This document shows positions 20,052 to 30,419 of a stretch of 64,000 nt of DNA, piece by piece. The position numbers and the translations under genes were made by a program. The stretch is taken from positions 564 to 64,563 of the forward strand of contig JAQXDZ010000039.1 in the NCBI GenBank assembly GCA_029251085.1. The letters run 5' to 3'. The first letter of the stretch is position 1; the number at the start of each line of letters is the position of its first letter. This DNA comes from Mariniblastus sp. (GTDB lineage: Bacteria; Planctomycetota; Planctomycetia; Pirellulales; Pirellulaceae). Below the pieces are notes generated by a model, which saw nothing but the letters and a program-made list of their open reading frames with translations, ran no database searches and was not told where the DNA came from.

Positions 20052-21245
20052 TTAATTCACCTCGAAACCTGAGGCAATCAACTGCGTTCGAACAGCCTTT
20101 CGCATTACATCGCCCAGTGTAGATTCCTTGTCTCCACTGGCTTCGGCAAGGCGTGCTTTTTCGGCTTGGACGTATTTCATTCGCGCTTTGTTTTGTTTCG
20201 CGATTTCGTTTTGAATCGCAGTTCGCTTATCCGCCATTTTCTTTATATAAGCAAGTTGCTCTTTCTTGGGCATTTTCTGCATTGAATCTGGAAGACATTT
20301 TTCTTCCACCTCAGCCAATATATTTTGGTTGCTTTTATAAGTGTCAACCAGGTCGCGGCTAGAGTTACGATAGAGCTTGCCAGCTTTGGTGATGGCTCGC
20401 GATACGGAGTTTGATCCAGCATTGAGATCCTGCTCCACTTGATTCTTCGAATAGCTACTTCGCTTTACCGAATCACCGAACCATAAATAGGTCTGGTTTA
20501 AATCACTGCTTAACTTAATAATTACCGAGTCTTGCGGAGCATCAATGTGAATGACCTTTCGGTCTTGGTCGATGTTTAGATACTTTCCACCTCCGGTAAC
20601 CGCTCCATCCTGCCAAAACTGCTTGATTCCCGTTTTGGCATCACCGCAGTGAATCGTATTGACCACAACTCCCGAGGCAACCGCACTCGCACAGGTTTCT
20701 TTGTAAGCGTCTGGACCTTGATTAAAGGGTTCATTTCCAGCAATGAAAATTGCTTTGTAGGAATCTGTCCGGGTCGACCAGTCAAGCGTTTGAAGCGCGT
20801 CCTCGATTACCGCTCCGCAATATTCGCTACCCCCATGCGTTCTTAAACTGAATAAGGCTTCTGACACTTTATCGAGATCGTCAGTTAAACCACAAACCTG
20901 GCGAATATAGTCTTCTTGTGCGGGCAAGTTGTTATTTCCGTACTCAAAAACAGAAACACGAAACAGCGGTGTGCTTCCAGATTTTTCAGCTTTCGCAAAT
21001 TCCTGAACAATATTCCACAACTGTGCTTTGGCTTGATTGATTAAACCATCCATGGAATTTGAAGTATCCAGCAACAGAGCTACATCCATGGCTGTGCGGC
21101 CCGGCTCCGCACCCGTCTGTTTTGACAAATCACGTTCCTCAACAGGGACTCTTGCATCCTGTGCAAGCGATAGGGATTGGCACATGGCCACGGATAAAAT
21201 CGCGACTAAAGTCAAAGCAATTGATTGGGGCAAATGTCGTCTCAT
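20052..21245 (-). CDS. Secreted von Willebrand factor type A (VWA) domain protein
   Basis: 397-aa ORF with a signal peptide. The MIDAS motif is DVALLLDTSNSMDG. The C-terminal part is Lys/Glu-rich and coiled-coil-like. Confidence 0.85.
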   Translation of the reverse strand: MRRHLPQSIALTLVAILSVAMCQSLSLAQDARVPVEERDLSKQTGAEPGRTAMDVALLLDTSNSMDGLINQAKAQLWNIVQEFAKAEKSGSTPLFRVSVFEYGNNNLPAQEDYIRQVCGLTDDLDKVSEALFSLRTHGGSEYCGAVIEDALQTLDWSTRTDSYKAIFIAGNEPFNQGPDAYKETCASAVASGVVVNTIHCGDAKTGIKQFWQDGAVTGGGKYLNIDQDRKVIHIDAPQDSVIIKLSSDLNQTYLWFGDSVKRSSYSKNQVEQDLNAGSNSVSRAITKAGKLYRNSSRDLVDTYKSNQNILAEVEEKCLPDSMQKMPKKEQLAYIKKMADKRTAIQNEIAKQNKARMKYVQAEKARLAEASGDKESTLGDVMRKAVRTQLIASGFEVN

Positions 21246-21615
21246 CGGAATCTCCTTTGTGAAATCTATCTTCGTTATGTCAAACGACCTGTTCAGATTC
21301 TACGCATGAGATCTACGTTTATGAGTTTCTAAATAATTGCACGTTACAATGCGGTTACACCCGAGTCAGCGACCCCTAAAAACACTGAACATTTTCATGA
21401 CAGCAAATTGATGTCAGACAAAAAAGTCGTCTGCCTTCGGCTACAAATCACGAGATGGCGGCAAGAGATTTACCAATTCGAGCGCGGTTAAAAAGGGCTT
21501 TATTAAAAAGCCATCCACTTCGAAGCGTTCTTAATCAAGAAATTACAGTTCAGCTCCCCTACCCCGCTGACGTATCGTTTGTCTTCAACGATTCATAGAA
21601 CCAGCGAAACAAAAT

Positions 21616-22827
21616 TTATGAAGCAAATGGATCGTCTATCGATTCACTTGGCTGAGTAAACCAAGAGGGGCCCTGTTCCGTGAGGTAAAAATGATCCTCA
21701 AGCCGAACGCCAAACTTATCGGGGACGACCAACATCGGCTCGTTACTGAATACCATTCCCACCGACATTTTGGTCCCTTCGCCCCGAACCAAATTTGGCC
21801 CTTCGTGAATATCGAGACCACAACCGTGCCCCGTGCGATGCGGTAAACCAGGCAACTCATAGTCTGGGCCAAACCCTGACTCAACAAGAGACGCTCGGGC
21901 AGCTACATCGGAGTCTTCGCAGGACACTCCAATCCCAGCCGCGCTAAATGCAGCTAACTGCGCACGTTTCTCGGCTGCCCAGGCAGATCGATGTTCGTCA
22001 GTAGGCTCTCCAAAACAAAAGCTTCTGGTAATATCCGAAATATACTCATGCAACACACAACCGGTGTCCATCAAAACCCAGTCGTCCGCTTTTAAAACCT
22101 GCGGATCTTTTACACCATGCGGAAACGAAGTCGCCACACCGAATAAGACAATACAAAAATAAGATCCAGCGGGTGCGCCAACTCTTCGGTGCGCTTCATC
22201 AATAAAAGCCTCCACCTCAGTCGTCGTGATTCCCGGCTCCAAAATCGATGCAGCTGATTTTAAAACCGCCAACGTCATTTCGTGAGCTCTTTGAATAATT
22301 GCAATCTCGGCAGGTGTTTTGATACTACGCAAAGCTTGCGTCACCGCCTGGCCAAGTTCAAATTTGAATTCGGGATTGGCTTGAGACAACCCAGTCACCG
22401 TATAAAACGGTGTCGCCTCATCGACAAGAACGGTTCCCTCGCTGATACCGCGACTCAGCATAGCTGAATGGAAACTCTCATAGGGACTCTCATGCTCGTG
22501 CCACCCAACAATAGGGGCTTCAAACATCCAATAATCTCGCAGCGTATCGAGTTCAAAATTTGGAGCAATGTAAAACAGTTCCCCCTCTGCAGGAATAACC
22601 GCGGCCACCATCCGCTCACTGGGATTCCACCTGAGGCCAGTGAAATAAAACAAATTCGTGCTGGCGTGGAGATACATTGCCTGAACGCCTGCAGCCCGAA
22701 GCGACTCCTGCAACCGTTTAATCCGAGCCTCAAACTCGGGTTTGAGAACTGGAGTTACACCTTCCGTCATATCGACGAGTTGATCCAGCGCTTCTTGTCT
22801 TCGTATTCCGCCTACACCTGCAGTCAT
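21616..22827 (-). CDS. M24 family metallopeptidase (Xaa-Pro dipeptidase/creatinase-like)
   Basis: 403-aa ORF with a creatinase/prolidase-type N-domain. Metal-ligand region motifs are DTGCVLHEYISDITR, HRTGHGCGLDIHE and VFSNEP...RLED. Confidence 0.85.
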   Translation of the reverse strand: MTAGVGGIRRQEALDQLVDMTEGVTPVLKPEFEARIKRLQESLRAAGVQAMYLHASTNLFYFTGLRWNPSERMVAAVIPAEGELFYIAPNFELDTLRDYWMFEAPIVGWHEHESPYESFHSAMLSRGISEGTVLVDEATPFYTVTGLSQANPEFKFELGQAVTQALRSIKTPAEIAIIQRAHEMTLAVLKSAASILEPGITTTEVEAFIDEAHRRVGAPAGSYFCIVLFGVATSFPHGVKDPQVLKADDWVLMDTGCVLHEYISDITRSFCFGEPTDEHRSAWAAEKRAQLAAFSAAGIGVSCEDSDVAARASLVESGFGPDYELPGLPHRTGHGCGLDIHEGPNLVRGEGTKMSVGMVFSNEPMLVVPDKFGVRLEDHFYLTEQGPSWFTQPSESIDDPFAS

Positions 22828-22893
22828 CTGATCACTCCCTTACAATAGTTGAAGTTCCTATCATAAGGCACACCGCGACCCGAAATCACCGGT

Positions 22894-24696
22894 CTACTCA
22901 AATTTTATATCATCGAGATAAAAGGTCAGAGGCTCCCCTTGCCCCGCCAATGAGAAATAAAATCCCGTTTTGATTCTTTGCAGATCCTGCCCGGATAAAT
23001 CAATCGTGAATTGCTGCCACTGATCGGTCAGTTTCACCGCGATTTCCTTTTTCGCAGTATCGAAATACGGTTGCTCCCGTCCAATCAAGCCAACGCCAAA
23101 TTTGGACTCCTCGCCACCCTTTTCCCCTCGTGCCCAAAAAGTCAGTTTAGAACCCTCGGAGAGATTATAGCCGCCATCGACTTCACCCCAGTCGTTAGCT
23201 GGACTTTGCCACACAACACCCGCCCAAGCGTCGCCGCGATCATATTTAATTTTAAGACAAGATTTACCCGCCTTGGGTTGAACTTCACAATTAGCTTCCA
23301 GTGCTAGTGATTCATGGGAACCCATGTAACCTGACGGTGTGTATTTGTCTTCGTGCATCTTTTCGTCATAAAGCGTCACTGGTAACGCGACCTTTATTGC
23401 CGGCTTCATTTTGATTGGACCGCGTACTCGGACCGGCAGGTTGGCAACGGCCCCTCCATTTTTCCCGTCGTCCACATAGGCATACACACGATAGAGTCCA
23501 CCCGAGTCAGGCATTTGGATTTCCGCACTGTCCTTATCGGATTTTACGATGTTCTTTTTATAGGTGGATGGAGCCGCCTGAAAATCACCTCCGGTAACAT
23601 AATTGGATGACTCATCTGTCATGACCCAAACCACGTTAATGGGATCCCCGTCAACATCCATCGCGCTCATCTCGAAGTTCACTGTCTCGCCCAACTCGAC
23701 TTCATTTTTTCCTTTTAGTTCGAATTTTGTGATTTCAGGGCAGCGATTTGCCGGAGCCTTGCCCGTCCAAAGTTCAACCATTGAATCGACACTCGCTGTC
23801 CGATTCCCGTTCGGAAGGAGCATTCCAAACCAAGTGGCCGTCGCTTCCTGCTTAAATCCCCAAAGAAAAGCGTAAGAACCAAGGCAATTTTTTGAATCAG
23901 CTTTGAAGCTTCGATAAGATTTCGCGTAGTGTTCAGCTTTATTTTTACTCGAAGGTTCGAGGATAGCGTCAAGATTATTTTTTGAAACCTCCCACGTACC
24001 CACGGGGCCAAATTCTGTGACTACGTAAGGTTTCGTTGAACCCGAATCCGCATATCGCTGACTCAAGGAAGGTCCGCCACCGTAGGAATTGATTCCGATT
24101 ACGTCCACACTTGGGCAAAACTTGTTGATCGCTTCCAACTTCCGACCACCAATTTCAGCAATTACCGTCATGACAGGATGGGCTGAATCAATTTTCTTAA
24201 TCGAACTAGCAAGGTACTCAATATGAGACCAGACCGCTGGATTTGCCCCCTCTCCCTCCATCTCATTGCCAACTCCCCACATGAGAACCGCTGGATGATC
24301 CTTTAGTTCGTTCACACATTCCATGACGACGTCAATCTGTTTCGACATCGAATCGTAATCCTGGTAATTGACACCATGTCGCTCGTGACCAAGCCAAATC
24401 CCGACCGTTACCGAAAGATTCTTCGCATGAGCGGCATCTAAATACTTCCGTGTGTCTTCATTGAAATGCCACGTCCTAAATGAATTCGCCCCAGTCGCTG
24501 CAAGCTCTCCGATGGGGCCGTCGCAACCAACGCCTTTGATGTAGTACGGTTCGCCACCACGAAACAACTGCCAACCCGAGTCCGTTTGTTTCAGTTCGAC
24601 CTGAATTGCTCCGGAATCCTGACCGACCAATAGTTGCGGACAAAAACCCAGGAAGAAGAAAACCGCTGCTGTCAAAGTTTTTGATTTTAAATTCAT
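22894..24696 (-). CDS. Secreted clan GH-A (beta/alpha)8 glycoside hydrolase with C-terminal carbohydrate-binding-like domain
   Basis: 600-aa ORF with a signal peptide. It has the acid/base-type motif LMWGVGNEMEG and the nucleophile-type motif YVVTEFG. The C-terminal beta-rich part reads WAGVVWQSPANDWG...FYLDDIKFE. I cannot assign the exact GH family by eye. Confidence 0.7.
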   Translation of the reverse strand: MNLKSKTLTAAVFFFLGFCPQLLVGQDSGAIQVELKQTDSGWQLFRGGEPYYIKGVGCDGPIGELAATGANSFRTWHFNEDTRKYLDAAHAKNLSVTVGIWLGHERHGVNYQDYDSMSKQIDVVMECVNELKDHPAVLMWGVGNEMEGEGANPAVWSHIEYLASSIKKIDSAHPVMTVIAEIGGRKLEAINKFCPSVDVIGINSYGGGPSLSQRYADSGSTKPYVVTEFGPVGTWEVSKNNLDAILEPSSKNKAEHYAKSYRSFKADSKNCLGSYAFLWGFKQEATATWFGMLLPNGNRTASVDSMVELWTGKAPANRCPEITKFELKGKNEVELGETVNFEMSAMDVDGDPINVVWVMTDESSNYVTGGDFQAAPSTYKKNIVKSDKDSAEIQMPDSGGLYRVYAYVDDGKNGGAVANLPVRVRGPIKMKPAIKVALPVTLYDEKMHEDKYTPSGYMGSHESLALEANCEVQPKAGKSCLKIKYDRGDAWAGVVWQSPANDWGEVDGGYNLSEGSKLTFWARGEKGGEESKFGVGLIGREQPYFDTAKKEIAVKLTDQWQQFTIDLSGQDLQRIKTGFYFSLAGQGEPLTFYLDDIKFE

Positions 24697-24711
24697 TTTT
24701 AGTCGCTTGGT

Positions 24712-27700
24712 TTACTTGCTAAACGGAAATGTAATTTCAATTCTCTCAACAAACGAGTCACGAGAAAACAAATGGCTCGACTCTGCTGCTGTGAGGGTTA
24801 GTTCAGGTCGGAATTTTTCGCCATCACGAGTAACGACTTTGAACTGATGGCTGTCGCCGTTTTGATAAACAACCGGTACCTGGCAAAGCGTGAATGCGAA
24901 TTGATCAAACTGCAACGCCAAGTCAATCCAGGCACCGTCCACATTGAGGTACTGAAAGGTCGTCTCGTTTTTGAGTAATTCAGAGGGTCTCATTAACGAC
25001 GGATCAAAGGAGACAACGCCCTCTTCAATCCGTAAACCAAGTTCAAAGAACCTAGCGAGAATATCCTCTTTCACCTGCCCGGTCATGCCCGGTTGCTGCG
25101 CTCCAGCGTGTTTCGGCGTGTGCGAATATGGATCTGTTGGAATCGCTCCATACTGATCCGGAGTTTTTTCGACGCCAATGCCGCTGCAAATATTATCGTA
25201 ATGAACACGAACTCGTTCTAAAACAGTTCGATCGTGTTCGGAACCGTTCTCAGCAGCACATTTTGCTTTTGCAAGATACCCAACCACTGCCAGCTTCAAC
25301 TTGGAAACCATGTGCCAATAAATTGACCCCAGACCCTCGTAGGCAAAAAACGTACCCGATCGACCGGTGAACGACTTGTGGTCAAACACTTTCTCAAAAA
25401 TTCCGAGAAGGTCTTGGCTCCCGGATGAAACCAAATCACCCCAGTCAAACTGAAGCTCAACCGCTTTCAAACGCTCTTTTAAGACCGAGGAATTTCGTAT
25501 GTCTCCGTTAAAATGCACTCCACCCAGTTTGTCCTTTTTGACAATCGACTCATCGCCTGTTTCCAGCAACTGGCATATCAGTTGCGACCGCTCAACGTCG
25601 CTGACTGGAATCTGGTTTTTCTCAGTAAAGGTTGGAAGATCTCGATCTGGGTAGAGCATGTAGCTGTTTTGATCCACACGATACATTTCACTACCACGCA
25701 AAGCGTCCAGCACCATCAGTGCATCTTCCAGTTCCAGCAGCCCTGAATTCAACACAGAGACCTGCCCCTCTAACATCTCGAACAATCGATTGACCGAGAG
25801 AGTCCCCTCACCAAACGCGAGCACGTTGTAAGCATGATAGAGGCCATCAGAACGCTGGTTGGCCAAGATAGTGTCGTCAAGATAACGCAGGTACAACGTG
25901 AACAAATCATTCAGTTCATCCCTGCGAAACGTGACTTTTTCACCACTAAATCCATCGGAATATATCCCCTTGCGGTATTCGTCACCAATCGCAGAAAGTT
26001 CATCTACAAAGTTCCTACGAGTCGCTGAGGTCCATCCTTGATCAAGCTGCCGAAGATGTGAATTCAGCGCGCTCATTTGGTTTCGTAACGCATGTGCAAC
26101 TTCAACTGAAAACACAAACGCCGGAGATTCCAAATTTGAAATCCAATCATGGAGAAAGCAAAGATACATTCGCAAATCGCACGCCGTCACCACTGACAAA
26201 CCGTTGCCGACAAGCGCATTGTTTGCATCGTTCCATTCTGGACGCTGGGTGTTTAACCAAACCCCACCCCCTGGAACCAGATTGAATATCTTGGCCAACG
26301 AGGGAATTACCAGCTTTTCCAATAGCGACGCGTGACTTACCTCACCGTCCCGCTGAACTAATTTTCCGTCCTCGCCATTCGCGGCTACCTGATTGGTGAT
26401 CTCACGATCGAGGGCCTCGTCAAAAACGATCGTATCGCACGGATCTTCCAGAACGTCAGCATAGGGTTTGATTCGGTAGGGAACGTTTGCAAACGAAAAA
26501 CATTCCTTTGTCAACAAGCCATTCATTTCTGAAGGAAAATATTCACGGCATCGCTCGAGCAGCCGCTGCAGATAGACAATTTGGTGGTCACCCCAGTAGC
26601 CAATATTCGACCATGGATCGCTAGGATCCAGCTTCTCCCACTCAAAACCATTTTTTGTAACGCGGTAAGGATTGTAACCATCCGCTGTTGAGGCGTTCAA
26701 AAACCGTGCGACCATCTTAGGAGCAAACTCTGGATACGAAACCGACAGAGCCTCCCAGTTTTGAAAAATATCCCGCCAATTCCCTTGGTAAAATAATTTT
26801 TCACGACCATTGTCATCCAAAACATCGATGGAAAATTCGTTCCAGGGCCGAGTGGGATCCCCGTGGCGTCGGCTGAATGTCAGCGGCAAGTATTCCATAC
26901 AAATTCGCAACAGACACGGATCATCCTGCTCCGAGACAAGCCGTTCTAACTCGCGATTTTCAATCGAGTCAGCCAGTTGGGTTAAAAACTCAAGATTTCG
27001 ACCGTAGACAATTCGATTCGTCGATTCTACATGCGCGATAAAATCGTCTTTCGGAATTTGATACCCAGAAACAGGTAAACCGCCTCGCATGACATTGTAT
27101 AAAACGTTGGATTGGTGGCGGACTAATTCCCGCTGATTAGCCCCAGCTTGCAGTCCATCAGAGGAAGCGATGTACCGCCTCAACTGTTCGTCGCAAGCCA
27201 CAACATCGGTTTCGACTTCCGAGTTCAACGTTGCGGAAGACTCTCTCCACTGATTGAAGTTGACGACATCCGTCTGGTCTAAATCTAAATTTGCAATGAT
27301 CTTCCATTGCTGCTCACCACCTGCAGGCAGCCCGACCTCAGCGACCTTGAAATAGGCTCCCCGAGAACCACGAATATCTGACTCGGATCGAACGGCGTTA
27401 CCGAGTCTGAATTCATCAATTTGGCGAGAACTTAACAACAACCCCGCATCCTCTAGTCCGATTGACCAAACCACGTTCGCACGAAGCCCCTCATTCGGTT
27501 CGGCCCGATCAGAGGGAATTGAACTCAGGTAGTAAATTCCTAAATCAGAATCAGCGAACCTCTCAGACTTTTTGTATGCATCGCCAAGATTACTGAAACG
27601 CATTTGAAATGTTGGATCAATTGCGGCAGGTAGAATGTTCTGGATACCGTCGAGGACAATGCAGGATTGTGGCAGCACAGAATTGTTGGAGAGGCAAGAT

Positions 27701-28170
27701 TCTCTCACAAAGCCAAACCTCTGACTGAAACTCCATGAATAACGGTACGTCAGTTCCAGGTCGTGATTAACCTCCTCGAAAATAATCTTGCTACCGTTGA
27801 CGTTACGGTAAAGTGACCTCGAAACTCGCGCTTCGGGCGTTGCAGCACCTGCCATCGGCGACCAATGAACTTGTTGGCCATCCGGACGCTGAATTCGGAC
27901 AATCGTCAAAGAACCGGTACTCGATGCCCCGTCAATAATTTTATCCGCGCAGTAATACGGAAACAGGCTCTTACTTGAGTTCTTACGCCCAGCGGTCAAC
28001 GCGCCTCGACTTGTGATAAACATCCAGTGGTCATAAGCGCTTACGATCGAAAGAAAAAACTCGTTCATTTTCTGAACATTGGATATGCGAAAAAACTGCT
28101 CACCACCTAAATCGCAGTAGTCACCGGATACGACTTGGGTTGTGGGCTGAATCATAGATTGCGTATTCAA
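24712..28170 (-). CDS. Large uncharacterised cytoplasmic protein (1152 aa), probably carbohydrate-active by context
   Basis: The 3459-nt ORF is uninterrupted, with no signal peptide or TM segment. Local motifs are NWRDIFQNWEAL, GYWGDHQIVYLQRLLE and RPEWNDANNALVGNG. It ends 15 nt before the glycosidase gene and is divergent from the LacI-family gene. The CDS call is confident; the function is not. Confidence 0.85.
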   Translation of the reverse strand: MNTQSMIQPTTQVVSGDYCDLGGEQFFRISNVQKMNEFFLSIVSAYDHWMFITSRGALTAGRKNSSKSLFPYYCADKIIDGASSTGSLTIVRIQRPDGQQVHWSPMAGAATPEARVSRSLYRNVNGSKIIFEEVNHDLELTYRYSWSFSQRFGFVRESCLSNNSVLPQSCIVLDGIQNILPAAIDPTFQMRFSNLGDAYKKSERFADSDLGIYYLSSIPSDRAEPNEGLRANVVWSIGLEDAGLLLSSRQIDEFRLGNAVRSESDIRGSRGAYFKVAEVGLPAGGEQQWKIIANLDLDQTDVVNFNQWRESSATLNSEVETDVVACDEQLRRYIASSDGLQAGANQRELVRHQSNVLYNVMRGGLPVSGYQIPKDDFIAHVESTNRIVYGRNLEFLTQLADSIENRELERLVSEQDDPCLLRICMEYLPLTFSRRHGDPTRPWNEFSIDVLDDNGREKLFYQGNWRDIFQNWEALSVSYPEFAPKMVARFLNASTADGYNPYRVTKNGFEWEKLDPSDPWSNIGYWGDHQIVYLQRLLERCREYFPSEMNGLLTKECFSFANVPYRIKPYADVLEDPCDTIVFDEALDREITNQVAANGEDGKLVQRDGEVSHASLLEKLVIPSLAKIFNLVPGGGVWLNTQRPEWNDANNALVGNGLSVVTACDLRMYLCFLHDWISNLESPAFVFSVEVAHALRNQMSALNSHLRQLDQGWTSATRRNFVDELSAIGDEYRKGIYSDGFSGEKVTFRRDELNDLFTLYLRYLDDTILANQRSDGLYHAYNVLAFGEGTLSVNRLFEMLEGQVSVLNSGLLELEDALMVLDALRGSEMYRVDQNSYMLYPDRDLPTFTEKNQIPVSDVERSQLICQLLETGDESIVKKDKLGGVHFNGDIRNSSVLKERLKAVELQFDWGDLVSSGSQDLLGIFEKVFDHKSFTGRSGTFFAYEGLGSIYWHMVSKLKLAVVGYLAKAKCAAENGSEHDRTVLERVRVHYDNICSGIGVEKTPDQYGAIPTDPYSHTPKHAGAQQPGMTGQVKEDILARFFELGLRIEEGVVSFDPSLMRPSELLKNETTFQYLNVDGAWIDLALQFDQFAFTLCQVPVVYQNGDSHQFKVVTRDGEKFRPELTLTAAESSHLFSRDSFVERIEITFPFSK

Positions 28171-28515
28171 AAGTGTTCTCGAGTCTCAGTAATAATAAAG
28201 TGTCGACGCTGGTTCAGGGAACTAACAAATTGACCAGAGCGAAATCGAGTGACGAGGCGGGTTTGTATGGGTAAATCCGACCGATTTTCCCCAAGTTCCA
28301 CGATCTCTTGAATTCCGCTTCCCACGAATGTGTCTTCGCATCATGTTTTCGGTATATTTATCAGGTAGGATTAACGCGGGCTTTGACTGGATTGCTGTGC
28401 CCAAGTCCGCCATCTCAATCCCACCGATTAAGCATTTCAAACCAGCTGATTTTCAGCAAGAAACCAAACTCACGCTAAAACCCGCTGAAGCAGGCAAAAC
28501 TGGAAAACAGCGGCT

Positions 28516-28529
28516 TGAAACCGTTTTCA
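28516..28529. promoter_or_regulatory. LacI-family operator candidate 1 (TGAAACCGTTTTCA)
   Basis: The sequence fits TGnAAnCGnTTnCA with a central CG. It lies 78 nt upstream of the lacI-family ATG, within the 436-bp divergent spacer. Confidence 0.6.
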
Positions 28530-28606
28530 TAAATATACACAACAAGTCTTCAGAATTCGAGCCTTTAAGCTCAAAATGCACCAGAACAACCGCCGAAATT
28601 GACGTT

Positions 28607-29614
28607 ATGGACCCAAAAAAAATAACTATTCAGGATATAGCGGATTGCGCGAACGTTTCCAAAAGTACTGTCTCCAGGGTCCTGAATAACACGACACCTG
28701 TGAATGACAAGAAACGGGAGGCGGTTATGCGAGCCGTCAAGGATCTGGATTTTGAACCCAACTCGCTCGCCAGCGGCCTCGCCGGCGGCAATTCAATGAT
28801 CATCGGTGTCCAAACCCAAAAGATCGGAAGTCCATTTTACGACTTGGTCACCCGTGGCGTTATTCACTGTCTTACCGACACCAGGTATTCGCCAATTTTG
28901 GTAGATGGTGTTTGGAATAGAGAAATCGAACTCAAAGGCATCGACACGCTTTTGCGTAGACAAATCGACGGACTGATCATCATCGGCGGGGACATTGAAA
29001 AGGATCACCTCCTACGTCTCGCGGCTAAGAAACCATTGCTGTTAGTTGGCAGGGAAGTAGAAGGACTTCAGGATCGCTGTCTCTACGTTGATAACTTTGA
29101 CATCGGTTACCAAGCAACGAAATTCCTAATCGATCTTGGGCATCGCAAGATTGTTCACATCACAGGAATTAAGGCCCATCAGGATTCGGTTAGGCGTCTC
29201 AATGGATACCTTCATGCTCTCGAAGAAGCCAAGATCCCTTACGATGAAGAACTCGTTTATGAAGGAGCCTTTGACGGCCCCTCGGGTGTTAAGGCCATCG
29301 ATACGATCATCTCACGTGGAAAACAATTTACCGCCGTTTTTGCGGCAAATGACATGTCAGCCTTTGGAGCGAGATTAGCGCTTTACCGGCACGGCATTGA
29401 TGTTCCCAATGAGGTCTCACTAATTGGAATTGATGATCAGACTGAGGCTCCGTATATGACGCCGCCAATGACGAGCGTTCGGCAGCCTGCTTTTAAAATG
29501 GGTGTTGCGGCTGGAAACGCAATGCTTGATTTGCTGATGAATAAGGAAATTGAACTGCCCAAGCCCACGGTTCAAATTAGTGTTCGAGAATCTACAGCTA
29601 AGATCGACAACTAA
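28607..29614 (+). CDS. LacI family transcriptional regulator
   Basis: Track ORF 28328..29614. The ATG at 28607 gives the canonical start MDPKKITIQDIADCANVSKSTVSRVLNN (HTH). It is followed by a sugar-binding core (NSMIIGVQT..., FAANDMSAFG, IGIDD). Confidence 0.9.
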   Translation: MDPKKITIQDIADCANVSKSTVSRVLNNTTPVNDKKREAVMRAVKDLDFEPNSLASGLAGGNSMIIGVQTQKIGSPFYDLVTRGVIHCLTDTRYSPILVDGVWNREIELKGIDTLLRRQIDGLIIIGGDIEKDHLLRLAAKKPLLLVGREVEGLQDRCLYVDNFDIGYQATKFLIDLGHRKIVHITGIKAHQDSVRRLNGYLHALEEAKIPYDEELVYEGAFDGPSGVKAIDTIISRGKQFTAVFAANDMSAFGARLALYRHGIDVPNEVSLIGIDDQTEAPYMTPPMTSVRQPAFKMGVAAGNAMLDLLMNKEIELPKPTVQISVRESTAKIDN

Positions 29615-29793
29615 GCTTCGCAACCGTTTCCACACCAGCGACAATTTCATGCTGGCTTGGTAGACCGCAGACAATACCGAGTTTTCTTCATTCGCAAAGA
29701 AAAATCCCCTCGCTAAATTTTAAATTTACCGAAGGGATCTTCTGCTTTAAAACGGATTCGCCCGAGGGCGTTCCATTTTCGAAAAACTTCAAA

Positions 29794-30324
29794 TCAGTTG
29801 ACTTGATTTCCGTTTTTATCAATGTTTGGCGCTGTACTATCTTTCCGAGCGTTCTCTTCTGGTTTGTGCTTACCAGAGAAAAACTCGTCATAGGTCGCTT
29901 GGTCTTCGACTTCTTCAAAAACGCCATTGCCAAACGCGACAATTCGTGCCCCATCGACACCAGTTTTCTCGAAAGCGAGAGGCTCGTAACATCCGCGTTG
30001 ACTACCGGCAACGCCCCAGCGAACCTGAATCTCTTCGTTGTCCCGCTGACTAATGAATACAGATTCGATGTCACTCATGTCAAATCCCATCATTTCGAGA
30101 TTGCCAGTGATCGAAGGATCGTTCAAGAACTTAACAAATGCCTCTTTGTTCTTTGGTCCTTTGTAGTTGTTCTTTTGATGGAACAAAACGTAACTGCTGG
30201 CAATACGCATTGTATTGTTCGAGTTAAGATCACCCACGATTTGTTCGACAGAATTCCCACTACCACAACCTGCTACCATTGCGATGGCAACCATCGCGGA
30301 AGCTAGAGCGCCTCGAATTGACAT
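29794..30324 (-). CDS. Hypothetical lipoprotein downstream of the DUF1559 gene
   Basis: Track ORF 29794..30348. The ATG at 30324 gives MSIRGALASAMVAIAMVAGCGSG, a lipobox. An alternative ATG lies at 30348. I recognise no family. Confidence 0.7.
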   Translation of the reverse strand: MSIRGALASAMVAIAMVAGCGSGNSVEQIVGDLNSNNTMRIASSYVLFHQKNNYKGPKNKEAFVKFLNDPSITGNLEMMGFDMSDIESVFISQRDNEEIQVRWGVAGSQRGCYEPLAFEKTGVDGARIVAFGNGVFEEVEDQATYDEFFSGKHKPEENARKDSTAPNIDKNGNQVN

Positions 30325-30361
30325 TGTTTTCCCTTTAAAAACGACCATTTATAGTTTCTCC

Positions 30362-30396
30362 AAAAAAAAAGACTCCGCATTCAAGAATGCGGAATC
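30362..30396 (-). terminator. Strong intrinsic terminator between the DUF1559 gene and the lipoprotein gene
   Basis: The minus strand reads GATTCCGCATTC-TT-GAATGCGGAGTC, a 12-bp stem with one G.T pair. It is immediately followed by TTTTTTTTT (complement of 30362-30370). Confidence 0.7.
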
Positions 30397-30419
30397 CGAA
30401 TTTGCTTTCATCGTTTTGA

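Noticed and set aside
28328-28606. 93-codon N-terminal extension of the LacI-family ORF in the track.
   Set aside because: The extension is not protein-like and contains the operator candidate. The ATG at 28607 gives the canonical LacI HTH at residues 5-25.
29688-30306. ORFs 29688..30074 (minus, 128 aa), 29803..30306 (plus, 167 aa) and 29826..30053 (plus).
   Set aside because: These are shadow frames of the lipoprotein gene 29794..30324, which alone has a lipobox signal and protein-like composition.
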